Assembly: GCA_013239625.1 (NCBI GenBank)
Contig: MU053934.1
Coordinates: 9,939,352-10,003,351 of the forward strand
Direction of reading: 5' to 3'
DNA from: Lama guanicoe
Taxonomy: Eukaryota
DNA length: 64,000 nucleotides
Of this stretch, positions 37,831-49,488 are shown one piece after another. Made by a program: the position numbers and the translations under genes. Numbering within the stretch: the stretch's first letter is position 1; each line of letters opens with the position of its first letter. The notes below the pieces were generated by a model. It was given only the letters and a program-made list of their open reading frames with translations. It did no database searches and had not been told where the DNA came from.

Positions 37831-38591
37831 GCACGCGCCAGGCGGGCGGGGTGTGGGACCCCCCAGCCCTCCCCACCCGTCATCTTCTAAGCCTGAGTGG
37901 CCTCTGGGCATTTCTGAGCCTCATGGCCTCTGTGAGTGCAAACCCTGGTCCCTTGGTGCCAGCAGCACGTGACCACCTTCACGCCACTCCCTCTGGTTGT
38001 GGTCAGACAGCGCCCCCTGCAGGTGACTCCGCCACCTGCCCTCTGCAGAGACAGACTTGTTCCTTGGGATTTGGGCTGGTTTTCTTGAGTCTGATGTGGG
38101 TGGCTTTCCAAAGGCCTTGGCCATGAGTAAGCAGAGACCGCTTCACTCACGGGAGCCCCCACCAGGACACAGCCCTCGACACACAGGCCCACTGGCTGTC
38201 CCCCAGGGACACCTGGCCACTCCCCAGACAAACCAGTGTGCCCAGTTAGACATGGGGGGAGGCTGACACAGACCCCACGATGGGCTGAGAGCCTGCCTGG
38301 ACGGCGCCTGTGCTGGGGACGGCCTCCAGTAAGCCGGGGGCCGGTGTGAGAAACACGGGGAGCCCTGGGGTCTGCGTTGGTTGGTTTGCACCTTGTAGTG
38401 AGGTGGGCCAGGCTGTTTTCAGGGGCCCGAGCCCTTCAGAGGCCTGGCACGGACGGGTCCTCACCCAGCTCCCGGGGAGCCCTGGCGCACAGCGGCCCTG
38501 ACCCACCCCGCACGCACCCCCACACCTGCCCCTGCCTTCTGAGGCCCCCTCAGCCCACCGCCCTCACCGAGACCCCCGCCTCGTCCCACAG

Positions 38592-38724
38592 ACCGGCGGG
38601 GCCAGGGGCTGTGCCCCCGCGTGCAGAAGTGGTTCTGTGAGAGGTTCGGGGAGTATGTGGAGGACTTCCGGTTCCAGCCCGAGGAGAGCACGGTGGAGGC
38701 GGACGAGCCCCTCAGCGCCCGGAG
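38592..38724 (+). CDS. GRAMD4: GRAMD4 coding exon 5
   Basis: cccacag|(D)RRGQGLCPRVQKWFCERFGEYVEDFRFQPEESTVEADEPLSAR|gtgaga; 133 nt, ends phase 2. Confidence 0.95.
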
Positions 38725-39269
38725 GTGAGACCCTCGTGGGACTGGGTGGGGGCGCCCGGGGCAGGGAGCCCGGGGCCGGTGGGCCTGGTCCCTGCACCGA
38801 GGCTTGAGAGCCAGGCCGGGTCTCGGTACAGCAGCAGAGTGGGACGGCTGTCGGGGCGCCCTGGGCCAGCCGTGCGGCCGCCCTGGCAGGAAGGGCCTCT
38901 CCGGGGCCAGCAAGCTAGGCTGGCAGGTTTCACAGGGGCAGCCGCACAGCCGTGTCCCCTACTCAGGGTTCGGACTTGTGCTTTCGTGGGGTGGTGGGCT
39001 CACAGCGAGGGCCCACTCCCTGGGCCTCGCTCGTGGGGACGCACACCCGCTGGGTGAACCTCGGGCCCTAGGGACTCTGAGAGCCCCCTGCGGGCCTGGC
39101 CCTCCTCTCAGACACGGGCAGGGGCATGTGGGCAGGAGACGAGGGACCTGCCTCAACCGAGGGAGCAGCAGTCGGGTCCCGGGTCAGCTCGGGCTCCCCT
39201 GGTGCTGTGGGGCCAGTGACGCCGCTCCAGTTGAGTCAGGGCTGGCGCTCACCTCTCCCTCTCTCCTAG

Positions 39270-39295
39270 GCTGACCGAGAACATGAGGAGGCTCA
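39270..39295 (+). CDS. GRAMD4: GRAMD4 coding exon 6 (26-nt small exon)
   Basis: ctctcctag|(R)LTENMRRL|gtaagt; needed to restore frame between its neighbours. Confidence 0.94.
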
Positions 39296-39824
39296 GTAAG
39301 TACCTGTGTGTCTCCGTGGGGCCGTGCAGTCCTTGGGGCTAAGCTGCCTGTGGGTGTGGGTGGCCTGAGGAGTGACTGCGGTCTTGTGCGGACCTGGACT
39401 GCCCTCCAAAGAGACATTTGTCAGGAATTCCCACCCAGCCTTCTCCCTAAGGCCTACCCCATCTGTCCATCTGCCCCGGCCCACAGTTAGAAGCAGGTTC
39501 CCTCCAGGTCTGGAAGCCCTGGTGAAAAGTAGTTCTTCTCCAGACACTTGCCAGGCCCATGGCATGTGAACAAAGCCCCCAGCCCCGCTGTTCCCGCCTA
39601 GGGGCACTGGCGGGCCGCAGATGGCATCTCCCCGTGGGGGCGAAAGACAGCAGGCAGCACCGGCATGGCCTGGGGTTGGGGCACCAGGGGCCTGCGACTC
39701 CTCGGGTTTGCTCTGCTCGTTTTGGTTCTGCATCCCCCCCGTCAACTGGTGCAGCCAGTGGGGCTGGCCGGGTGTGTCCGAGGGCCGGGCGAGCCCTGGC
39801 CTGACTGCTCTGTCCTGTCCCCAG

Positions 39825-39916
39825 AGCGCGGTGCCAGGCCTGTCACCAGCTTTGTGAAGAACCTCTCTGCCTTATCCGACTGGTATTCCGTCTACACGTC
39901 GGCCATTGCCTTCACC
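39825..39916 (+). CDS. GRAMD4: GRAMD4 coding exon 7
   Basis: gtccccag|(K)RGARPVTSFVKNLSALSDWYSVYTSAIAFT|gtgagt; 92 nt. Confidence 0.96.
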
Positions 39917-41178
39917 GTGAGTGCTCCCCGCGGGGTGGGTGCCCTCCCCTTGGTTTCCCGGGGCCCAGCCTGGCTGTGTGGGCCAGCGCTCAGCATCCCC
40001 ACCTGTGCGGTGGGTGTGCCAATGCCACCCAGCCTCAGGGCTGGCCGGGAGTCTCCCTGCCTGCCCAGAGACAGCCCCACCGCAGCGTCCTCAGGAGAGG
40101 GCCCTGTGGGGCTTGCGGCTGGCTTTCCCCGGTGGGCTGGGGAGAGGGCTGTGGGGAGGCTTGTCTGCCTGTGTGGAAACCAGGGGTCCCTCCCATCAGG
40201 CACCAGGGGCTGGGGGTGGCTCCTGCCACTGGCCTAGGGACCAAGCTGGCCTCTGTGAAGCCACCAGTCGTGGGGAAGGTAGGAGGTGTCGGGCCAGCAT
40301 CCCGGGGGTACTTCGGGGAAAACAGGCCCTGCCGCCCAGCCTGAGTTGTCCTGCTCCCAGTGGCTGCTCCCAGCCCCGTGCAGGGAGACCCTGCCGTCCA
40401 GTGGGAGGAGGATGTAGGCTGCCTACTGGCCTGCTGGGCCCTGAGGCCAGAGAGGGACAGCCGCCACGTCGAAAGGCCCCATCTCTACAGAGACCGCTGC
40501 CCCCAGGTGGCCTCAGCCAGGGAGGGTTCTGAGGACCACCCTGAAGCCCCAGGGGCCCACCATCCATGGGAGAGATAAGCATTGCTCACCCTCACAGAGG
40601 ACAGGCCTTGCTCGCAGGGGCCAGCCCCCTTCACTGGGAGGTCACCTTCCACCACCCTTCACAAGCACTTTGCTGCTTCCGGTCCCCAGATCCTTACTTC
40701 CACCTGTGTTTCGTGGCTGGGGCAGCCCTACCCATTCAGACCCCCTGCCGGGCCTCCGCCTGAACCCACTGCTTCCATCCCCTGCCCGCACAGGCAGCCT
40801 GGAGGCCTGGTGCAGGGTAGGATGTTGGGGTGCTGGCTCCATGATGCCTTGAGCTCCCGCAGGTGTGGCCCCACCGACCTTCTGGGGTCAGCTCTCCACC
40901 CTTGCTCACGGAGGCGGCCCGCCCTGCCCTGCCAGCAGCTGCCCCACCCCGCCTCCTCCCCAGCTGGGTTCCATCTCCACTGGCAGCTATTAGGGAGGAA
41001 GCAGCCCTTCTCTGGTTTCTCTGGGGTGCAGGGTTCTTGGGCCTCAGGAGAGCTTCTGGGCTTGGTCTCCCCGCCTCCTCCGAGCCTACACCCGGTGGGG
41101 AGGGAGGGGTCTGGCCCACCCCGAGCCACACTGTCAGGTCGCTGACGTCTCCCACCCGCTTCCTCTCCGAACCTGCAG

Positions 41179-41270
41179 GTGTACATGAATGCCGTGTGGC
41201 ACGGCTGGGCCATCCCCATGTTCCTGTTTCTGGCGATTCTGAGGCTGTCCCTCAATTACCTCATAGCCAG
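41179..41270 (+). CDS. GRAMD4: GRAMD4 coding exon 8 (hydrophobic, transmembrane-like)
   Basis: cctgcag|VYMNAVWHGWAIPMFLFLAILRLSLNYLIA|gtgggt; 92 nt. Confidence 0.97.
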
Positions 41271-42290
41271 GTGGGTGCTGTACGTGCTGGCTGTGCCATC
41301 TCCCCACTTCACACACATGCGGCTCGGGCCATCGTCCTGGGTGGCTGTCCTCTTGCAGGCTCCTGAACCCCCAGCAGGATGGTCCACTGGGGCCGGCAGC
41401 TCTGACCTGCAGGTCCTGGCTGCAGGGTCATGCCAGCTCCCCCCACCATGTGCTGCTTTAGGGCAGGAAAGGTCCCCCCAGACCTCGGCAGTGACCTCCC
41501 AGTGTCGGGTTGCTGGAGCTGCGGTGGCTCTGAGCCCGGGAAGTCCCACTGGTGAGGGTGCAGGTGGCAGCAGGGCGGGGGCTCCGAGGGGCTAGTCAGG
41601 GGTCCCCAAGCCCAGGGTCAGGCTCTGCCTTTCCTTTGTGCTCTCCGAGCACCCTCTTTCCACCTCGAGGCTGGGGGCTCTGTTGGAAGCCAGCAGGCTG
41701 GGGTGGGAACCCCTTGTCCCCAGGCCCCTGGGTCTGTGTGGACCTGAGGGCGCCCCACGGGGGGAAGCCTCAAGCTCCCACCAGAACTCAGAGGCGGCCC
41801 CACCTGCCTCTGCTCAGCCTCCGGAAGTCAGGCTCACACGCCCACTCTCCTCCGTGCTCCTCTCTGCCCGCTTAGGTTGGTTCACTTGGAAACGTTTTCT
41901 GTAGAAAAGAAAACCTTTAAAGGCTTGCGAAGGGTCCTCCGGGCCCCGACTAGACATGCTTCACCGAAGTCCTCACCGCTGCAGCTTTGCTGACTTACTC
42001 TGAGAGGCCCAACCCCTCTGGGTACTTGAAGTCTGTCTCCCACCGAGGAGGGCCCCCGAGAGAGCGGCCGGTGGGGGTGACCGGGACCGTCTGCTCTCAA
42101 GGCCCAGGAGGGGCCCAGGCAGTCTCTGCAGGCGGCTGGGTGTTTCTGAAGCCCCTGTCCCCACGGCCGGCCAGCACTCCCCGGGGTGCCTCCCCTTGGG
42201 GAGCACAGGGTGGGTGATTTGATATTCTCTCTCTGACTCCATCACCTGCGGACTACGCTGTGTTGAAGGCCTGCTGTCTCTGTTTTCCAG

Positions 42291-42339
42291 GGGCTGGAGG
42301 ATACAGTGGAGCATCGTGCCTGAAGTGTCTGAAGTGGTG
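42291..42339 (+). CDS. GRAMD4: GRAMD4 coding exon 9
   Basis: tgttttccag|(R)GWRIQWSIVPEVSEVV|gtgagt; 49 nt. Confidence 0.95.
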
Positions 42340-42705
42340 GTGAGTCCCGGGAGGGGCGCCGTCTGCAGGCCTCAGGCCTTTGCCCGCCAGCCCTGTTCGG
42401 AAGGCCGCTGATTCCCAAGGCCTCCCGATGCAGCTGCGTGGACGCCCTCGGGGAGCCCTGCCTGGCGAGGAGAGGTCGGGGAGGAGGAGGCCAGCTGCCC
42501 CCAGCCTGGAGCCCCATGCAGCTGCACCCTGACCCCTCGCCAGCTGATGCCCGAGTGCCCCTCACTGGCCTGGGCTTGGCCTGACCCGACCCTCCTCAGC
42601 TGGGATGTGACGTAAGGTGGGGAGGCAGCGAGGGGGCCACCTCAGCCCCTCACAGACTCCTGTGTGGGGAGGTGAACCAGGGGCTGGACCAGTGGATGTG
42701 TGCAG

Positions 42706-42880
42706 CAGGGGTCAGCAGGCTACCTGTGGCCTGCTGCCTGATCTTGTAGATAACGTTTTATTGGCACACACTGTGCCCGTTCATTTACACCTGGCAGCCA
42801 CGCTGAGTTGCTGAGACACTGTCAGGCCTGCAGAGGCGCGTGTGCTGGCTGCGGGCCCGTGACAGAGAAGTTGGCCCAGG
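42706..42880 (+). mobile_element. MER58A-like element (degraded)
   Basis: caggggtcagca, gcctgctgcctg, gttttattggcacac, gcccgtgacagagaagttggcc. Confidence 0.6.
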
Positions 42881-43423
42881 GGCAGAGCCGCTGGGTGTGG
42901 CCAGGAGCGAGGCCATGGTGCCTCTGTGACCCGTGTCAGGTGTTTGAGTACCTACTGTGCGCACGGAACGTGCAGCAGGGGTGGGGGATGTCGGTGGTGC
43001 TGCAGGGGCCCCTTCAGGCAGGCCCTGGGGAGGGCGTCTCGGGGGAAAGAAGCCCGAGCCCGTTTGCGCCTGGTCCCTGGTGTGAGCTCAGGCAAGCAGG
43101 GCGAGGTCAGGCCCCTTCCTGCTGCGGCTTCAGTTTCTCTGCTGCAACGTGAGACGTGGGGGGCTGCGGGGTCCCAGGTGCACCTCTGATCTGTCTAAAC
43201 GTGAATCGGAGCTTCAGCGCTGCCTGCGGGGGGCACCCGAGGGGTGCTGCTGGAGCAGCTGCCTGTGCTGTCCGCTGGGCCTGCAGGGATGGCCGTCCCA
43301 CTGGCTGCGTCTGAGCAGCCGAGACCCTGGTGCTGGGGCTGGGAGGCCTCCTTGCTGTTTTTGTCAGTAATTTCTCTGACCTGTTGAATTTCAGTGGAAA
43401 TTCTCTTTCCCCTTTGACTGAAG

Positions 43424-43495
43424 GAGCCTCCAAAGGAAGACCTGACCGTGTCCGAGAAGTTTCAGCTCGTGCTGGACGTCGCCCAGAAAGCCCAG
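43424..43495 (+). CDS. GRAMD4: GRAMD4 coding exon 10
   Basis: tttgactgaag|EPPKEDLTVSEKFQLVLDVAQKAQ|gtactg; 72 nt. Confidence 0.95.
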
Positions 43496-43937
43496 GTACT
43501 GCTGCGGGCTCTGGCCGGGCGCCTCCGGGTGAGCCTGTCCGGTGGGGGGACCCAGCACCCCGGAACTCCAGGCCCGGCTCGTCCACTGTCAGCTCAGCAG
43601 TCACCCTGTCCACTGGTCCCTCGCTGGCACCCGAGACAACCTGGTTGGTGGAGAGGGTCCCCCTGGCTTCGCGTGACGGCCAGCACCCCAGTTGGTGGAG
43701 CCCCTCCCGACCAGAGTCAGACAGGCTCCCAAGAGAGTGTGGGCCCGGGGCCCCCGTGGTGATCAGCCTGTTAATCTGAGATTCAGACCAGACCGGTCAT
43801 CAGCCCTCAGGCTGAAGCAGCTGGGTGGGGCCACAGGGCTCTGGGCACCGGCTGTGGTCTCCCGGGTGCTGTGCATCCCCCCAGCATTGCCGTGTGGCCC
43901 TGGGGGTCTGTCGTGACCACAGCTGCTTCTCCCACAG

Positions 43938-43981
43938 AACCTCTTTGGCAAGATGGCCGACATCCTGGAGAAGATCAAGAA
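43938..43981 (+). CDS. GRAMD4: GRAMD4 coding exon 11
   Basis: cccacag|NLFGKMADILEKIK|gtaagt; 44 nt, followed by a 75-nt intron. Confidence 0.96.
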
Positions 43982-44056
43982 GTAAGTGGTCACTCCGGCC
44001 CTCCCGCCACGTCTGGGGTGCGGCCCCGCCCGGCTGACTGGCCCTCTCCCTTGCAG

Positions 44057-44166
44057 CCTGTTCATGTGGGTCCAGCCCGAGATCACGCAGAAGCTGTACG
44101 TCGCGCTGTGGGCCGCCTTCCTCGCCTCCTGCTTCTTCCCCTACCGCCTGGTGGGGCTGGCCGTGG
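44057..44166 (+). CDS. GRAMD4: GRAMD4 coding exon 12 (hydrophobic, transmembrane-like)
   Basis: ccttgcag|(N)LFMWVQPEITQKLYVALWAAFLASCFFPYRLVGLAV|gtaagg; 110 nt. Confidence 0.97.
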
Positions 44167-44844
44167 GTAAGGAGATGCCCGCCTGGCCAGAGCTGCCGCC
44201 CCATGGTGCGGCCCAGGGCCCAGGCGCCTGCCGCTCCCGCACGCCTGCCCCAGGCCTTGGCCCCCAGGAAGGAGGCATTCCTCCCTCCGTGCCTCTTCCA
44301 GGGGCTTTTTATCAAAATGTCTAAATTTGGGAGAAACAAAGGCCACGGCGTGTGGAGGCGCTGCTACGGTTTCTTAGGTCAAACTTGTTTTCTGCCGGCT
44401 GAGGGGGAGGGGCTGGTGGACCCGAGGCCCTGGGTGGGTGCCACGGTCACCTCTGAGCACTCGGGGGCTCATGGGCTCTCAGAGGACGGGCGTCAGAGAC
44501 GTGAGGGGTCAGGCGTGAAGGCAGGAGAGACCTGGGGTGGGAGATGGCATTGGGGGGGGCCTGCAGCATGAGCAGACTCAAAGTGTGTGCCAGGTGTGGG
44601 GGGCTCGAGGGGTCAGGGACAGTCGCGGGCCAGGGCAGAGGGCGTGTGTGGTGGGCCCTGGGGGTGGGCGGGTCCCGGGGGTTTAGGAAGCGGAGCCGGC
44701 AGGGTTTGTGGTGGATGGGGCGGGGGGAGGATCCGGGTCGGGGTTTGCCCTGAGCTGCTGGGCAGGTGGTACGGCTGCTGCTCAGCGTCACCAGGGAGGT
44801 GGGAGGAGCACTCGGGGGAACGGCACCTCGTTCTGCCCCTCCAG

Positions 44845-44999
44845 GACTCTACGCTGGAGTCAAGTTTTTCCTCATCGATTTCATCTTCAAGCGCTGCCCA
44901 AGGCTGCGGGCCAAGTACGACACCCCCTACATTATCTGGAAGAGCCTCCCCACCGACCCCCAGCTCAAGGAGCGCTCCAGCGCCGCCGTGTCGCGCAGG
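44845..44999 (+). CDS. GRAMD4: GRAMD4 coding exon 13
   Basis: cctccag|(G)LYAGVKFFLIDFIFKRCPRLRAKYDTPYIIWKSLPTDPQLKERSSAAVSRR|gtaggc; 155 nt, ends phase 0. Confidence 0.97.
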
Positions 45000-46034
45000 G
45001 TAGGCCCCGCGCGGGCGGGGAGGGACCAGGCCCAGCCCCGCCCCCTCGCACCCGGCCCGCAAGGGTGCTGGGGTCTCCCGATTCTGTGGGACCCTTGAGA
45101 CGGATGACTGTGGGGCTCTGCTGCTCCCAAGATCCCTGACGGACGTCCGGGGGCCCAGCCACCTGAAGGCCCCTCAGGGACCCGCCCACAGACTGGCTGG
45201 GGAGTAGCTCCTGCTGAGCCAGGCTGACCCCAGGCCAAAGGCAGGAGGGGGAGGGGCATTGGCCTTGACTGTCAAGGACCTGGGGGCCTTGGGACCAGGG
45301 AGCCCTGGGAGTGACCACTCTGTGGGTGGGTGCTGGGTCCCTGCTGTCCCCGGCTCTGAGGCTCTGGCAACAAGGCCAAGGTGGGCATGTTTTATGCTCA
45401 CAGGCTGGGACTGGGGCCCTGTTTCATTCATAGTGGAAGGCCAGGTGGGCGTTGGCACTGTGTCCAGAGCCGGGACGTGGTGGGCAGGCTGGCCTTGGTC
45501 CTCTTCTTGGGGTCTCAGACGAGTGGGGAGGTTCTGGGCTCAGTAGGACTCCCAGGGAGGTGTAGGAAGGCTTCCTGGAGAAAGTGGCATTGGCTTTCAG
45601 TCTGGTGTGTAAGTGATCCCTAAGGATAGAGTGTCCAGTGACCCGTCGATGTTTCTATCAGTGGAAGGGAAGCTCTGGGTCAAGTGTAGTTTCTTGGATA
45701 ACAAAGCTTGTTGAGGACCCGAACTCATAAGTCAGGTGTGCAGGTGGGCAGGCCGGAGCAGCCCGCACCTTGGTGAGCCGGCGGATGGCTCTGGTCATAC
45801 AGGCGGAGGTGGACCCGAGGGGTGAGGCACAGGAGCAGCCAGTCTGGCTCTCCCTAACAGTCACAGACTGGAGGGGGCTGGGCAGTGGGCTTCCTGGGGC
45901 GAGGGCGCCCCGCCAGGGTGTCGCAGGGCCGTGTCAGCACGCACAGCTCACCGAGCTGTTTATGACCTCATGTCACGTGGACCCCGCCTTTTCTTTTGTC
46001 TCGGTCACACATGTCTGTTGACCTTTCCGGCCAG

Positions 46035-46052
46035 CTGTCAGCGCATGACAAG
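46035..46052 (+). CDS. GRAMD4: Candidate alternative 18-nt GRAMD4 microexon (LSAHDK)
   Basis: ttgacctttccggccag|CTGTCAGCGCATGACAAG|gtacgg inside a phase-0 intron; frame-preserving with no stop; no transcript evidence available here. Confidence 0.55.
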
Positions 46053-46488
46053 GTACGGTGTCCGTGTGGGACCCCCTCTTCCTGCTGTGCCCTGATGCTG
46101 TGCGGTGCTGTGCCTTGACCCTGTTTGACTTACTAATGCTGCTTTTGGTGGCCTGTGCCATGGCCGGTTCTGGTTTCTGAAATTTTGGCATGAGCTGCTG
46201 GACCACATGTGCTGGGCTGGGCTCAGCACAGCGTCTGGGGGCAGTGACTTCGCCGGGGGAGAGGGGCAGCCCCCTCCCCAGCAGCTGGGCTTCTCTGCCC
46301 AGAAGGAGGGCTTGTGGGACGAGGACCAGGCACCAACGGGCCTTTTGGGGGGTGCGCACCCCACACCTGGGTGCCCCTGCCTCTCGCCTCGTCCACGCTT
46401 GCAGCTGGCCCCGGGGAGGCCGCGCGCACCCCGGCCCCCCTGCCCGCCACCGGGCCGTGGGGCTGACGGGCCTGTGCGCTCTCGGCAG

Positions 46489-46633
46489 CCACAGACCGCT
46501 GCCTCGCGGACCTACGCCTCCAGCGCGCCCGCCGGCCTGAGCAGGGACGAGGACCCTGGCCGCGTCCACGGCACCAGGAAGGGCAACTTCCATGAGATCT
46601 TCAACCTGACGGAGAGCGAGCGCCCGCTGGCAG
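46489..46633 (+). CDS. GRAMD4: GRAMD4 coding exon 14 (start of GRAM domain)
   Basis: ctcggcag|PQTAASRTYASSAPAGLSRDEDPGRVHGTRKGNFHEIFNLTESERPLA|gtgcgt; 145 nt. Confidence 0.94.
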
Positions 46634-47385
46634 GTGCGTGCGGGACACGTCCGCGTCCAGGCCAGGTGGGGCTGCCCTGCCCCAGGGCCAGGGGCCTGGC
46701 GGCGGGGACCCAGGAGAGCCGCCTGCCGTCTTCTTCCTGAACTTGCTGGGTGGGCGGGTTGGAGGGGCAGGCAGGCCTGCGGTGAGCGGTTTGACAGCAG
46801 AAAGGCAGGCAGCCTGCCCCCGAGCAGAGCCCACCAAGCGGGCATCCCAGCCTCAGGGTCACGCGTGCCGGTGCCGCCCAGTCCTGCTCTGGATAAGCTG
46901 GTGCACACTGGGGCTACCTGGAGAGCCAGGTGGTGACAGGCAGGTTGGAGTCCAGGGCCCCGGCCATCCTGTCCTCCCTGAAGTGCCCACCTTGCTGGGC
47001 TCTCGCTGAAGGGGCCTTCAGTGTTTTGGCACCTGCCGTGTGTGATACCAGCTACAGAAAGCAAACTTGGGAGAATTCCAGTCTTGATCTCCTGAACCCT
47101 CATTCTGCGGACCTGGACCACGAACCATGTGCTCTGAGAGCCAGGGCTGCAGTTTGATTTAAATCAAGCTCTTCTTTAAAAACCACACAAAGTCCTGTGC
47201 ATTCCCGGGGGAGGGGCAGCGCCTGCTGCCCAGGTGCTCTCAGTCGCCGCTTTGTGATCCCCCTTTCCTCCCACCCTGGGTGGAGGATGAACGTCAGTCC
47301 TTGAAAAGCCAGCACTGATGGTTCCAAGGTCAAACCAGAGAGGCTCTTCCCAGCGGGGAAGTCACGGCCATGTTGTCCCCTTCAG

Positions 47386-47479
47386 TGTGTGAGAACGGCT
47401 GGCGCTGCTGCTTGATCAACAGGGACCGGAAGATGCCGACCGACTACATCAGAAACGGGGTCCTGTATGTGACGGAGAA
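47386..47479 (+). CDS. GRAMD4: GRAMD4 coding exon 15 (GRAM domain)
   Basis: ccccttcag|(V)CENGWRCCLINRDRKMPTDYIRNGVLYVTE|gtgagt; 94 nt. Confidence 0.97.
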
Positions 47480-48160
47480 GTGAGTGAGGCGGGCGCGTCC
47501 CCGGGGTGGGCTGCGGGTGCTGTGACCCCCACGGTTAGAGGTCCAGGACGGCCCGGGGCTGGGGCCCCCCAGTCCTGTGACCGGCCTGAGCCGGCAGTGC
47601 CGTCCCTTCCCCAGGCCCCGGGATGGCCCTGGTCTGGGCTGCTCAAGCCGCGTGGCTGGAGCTGTGCGGTCCCGCCCACAGGGGTCCCAGCCCTAGGGCA
47701 GCAGGCAGGATCTTAGTTAGTTTCCTTTTGGGGCGTGGCAGCCAGGCGTGGGAGGTGGGGGAGCAGGTCCAGGGTGGGCTCTGTTCTCAGCATTGGGGGC
47801 CCTCGGCCACCTCATCCCCCACCCTCAGCCAAGGAGCCACCCCTCCCCCTCTACCCCTTCTTGGGGGGAACTGGCCGAGTAGACCCCTGGCTGGGCCTAC
47901 GGGACACTCGCTTCTCTGGTCAGGGTCTCAGTGATGTGCCTGTCGTAGGAACGTGAGTCAGGGTCAGCACAGAGCAGGGGGTTTTAAACTTGAAAAGCCC
48001 TGAGACCTTTGTAAAAGTAAAATCTTTCGTGAGAGGCCAGCACACTGTGGCAGGCTTGGGGGGCCTCTGTCTGGGGCTGGGGTGGCAGCAGCCGGCAGGG
48101 TCCCCTCTGGTTCACGTGCTGGGTTGGGCTCTGTCCTCCCTCCTCCCCTGCCCCGGGTAG

Positions 48161-48245
48161 TTACTTGTGCTTTGAAAGCTCCAAGTCCGGCTCCTCCAAG
48201 AGAAACAAAGTCATCAAGCTGGTGGACATCACAGACATCCAGAAG
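48161..48245 (+). CDS. GRAMD4: GRAMD4 coding exon 16 (GRAM domain)
   Basis: ccccgggtag|(N)YLCFESSKSGSSKRNKVIKLVDITDIQK|gtgggt; 85 nt. Confidence 0.96.
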
Positions 48246-49154
48246 GTGGGTGCAGCCCCTGCCCTGCCCTGCCCTCCCCAGGCTCAGGAACACGTGGTTG
48301 AGTTGGAGGTCGGGTGCGTTGAGAACGGGGGTGCCCTCTGGAGACTCCGGCGGCATCGCCCCTGCCCGCATCAGGGCTCCCTTTCCAGAAGGTGTTTGTG
48401 CAGAACCCCGCGGCGCTGCCAGGCAGTGTCCCTGCACCGTGGGCTTCCTCTCCTTTGCTGCCCCTCCCCGGGGACCAGCACCGGCATCCTCGCAGACAGG
48501 AAGGGAGGCGTGGCGAGGTGGGCCCAGGCCCTGAGCCCACTCCAACCGCTGTGCTGTCTGCCCCTGTCCCTGACCCTGTGCCTCAGGGCAGGCTGCCCCT
48601 GCTCCACTGTCTTCTAGCACTGTCTGTCCTGTCTGGGGCAGGCACAGGTGTGTGCAGTGCCCAGAAGAGGGGCCGACACACAGACTTGGCAGGGGAGCCA
48701 GGCCCACCTGTGCCCCTCTGAGCACCATGGAGGGGCCCTGTGGTCAGCTTGGTGGCAGCTGCTTCCCTCTAGTGGTGTGTCAGGGGCACCCACGCCATGG
48801 CTACGACAGATCCCTCCCACTCTCCGTCCATTCCTCCATTCCTCCATCCCTCCATCCCAGAGAGAAGGTGTGTGGATGGTGGGATCTGAGGAGCAAGACC
48901 ATGCAGGGGGGCCTGTTGCTCACACACAGTGCTCCTCCGGGGCACCCCAGCCCTGCCGTTAGTGATGGTGGGATGGGGTGCTTGGAGGCTTGGTTTCTGA
49001 GTCACAGTCAGTCCTTGTCCTCTTGCGGCTGGGAAGGCCCAGGCCCGCATGGGCCTTGCCATCTGGGGCTCCATGGAGAATACCCTGGGGTGTGTGGGGG
49101 GGTGGCTGGGCCACGTCCCTGTCCCCAGGTGATGCCTGTGCTGTTGGCTTTCAG

Positions 49155-49223
49155 TACAAGGTCCTCTCTGTCCTCCCGGGGTCGGGCATGGGGATTGCCG
49201 TGTCAACGCCATCAACCCAGAAA
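49155..49223 (+). CDS. GRAMD4: GRAMD4 coding exon 17
   Basis: gctttcag|YKVLSVLPGSGMGIAVSTPSTQK|gtaagt; 69 nt. Confidence 0.97.
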
Positions 49224-49488
49224 GTAAGTTCTGGGCGGGGTGGGGCGGGGCAAGGAGGGGGGTGGATGAGCACGGGGACATTCTTGGGGCGAGGTCAGAG
49301 CCCCAGGCTGGCCAGGTTTGCAGCTGGATGGAGCAGCCTGGGAAGCCCCTCCCCCCTGGGCAGCAGGGACCCTGAGGCTGAGCCCAGCGCAGGTGCCCAG
49401 GGAGGGAGGGGTGGCGCTGGAAGCCGGGCTTCGGGGCTGCGTGGACCTGGCCGAGGGCGGGCTCACCGACAGTGCGCCCTCCCGCCAG

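Noticed and set aside
42331-42345. Tandem GTGGTGGTGAGT donors, and the AAG/GAG NAGNAG acceptor at 43421-43426
   Set aside because: The alternative sites (GTGGTG donors, GAG acceptor) are far weaker than the assigned ones
43982-44056. In-frame retention of the 75-nt intron as a coding isoform
   Set aside because: Length is a multiple of 3, but retention reads AAG TAA, an immediate stop
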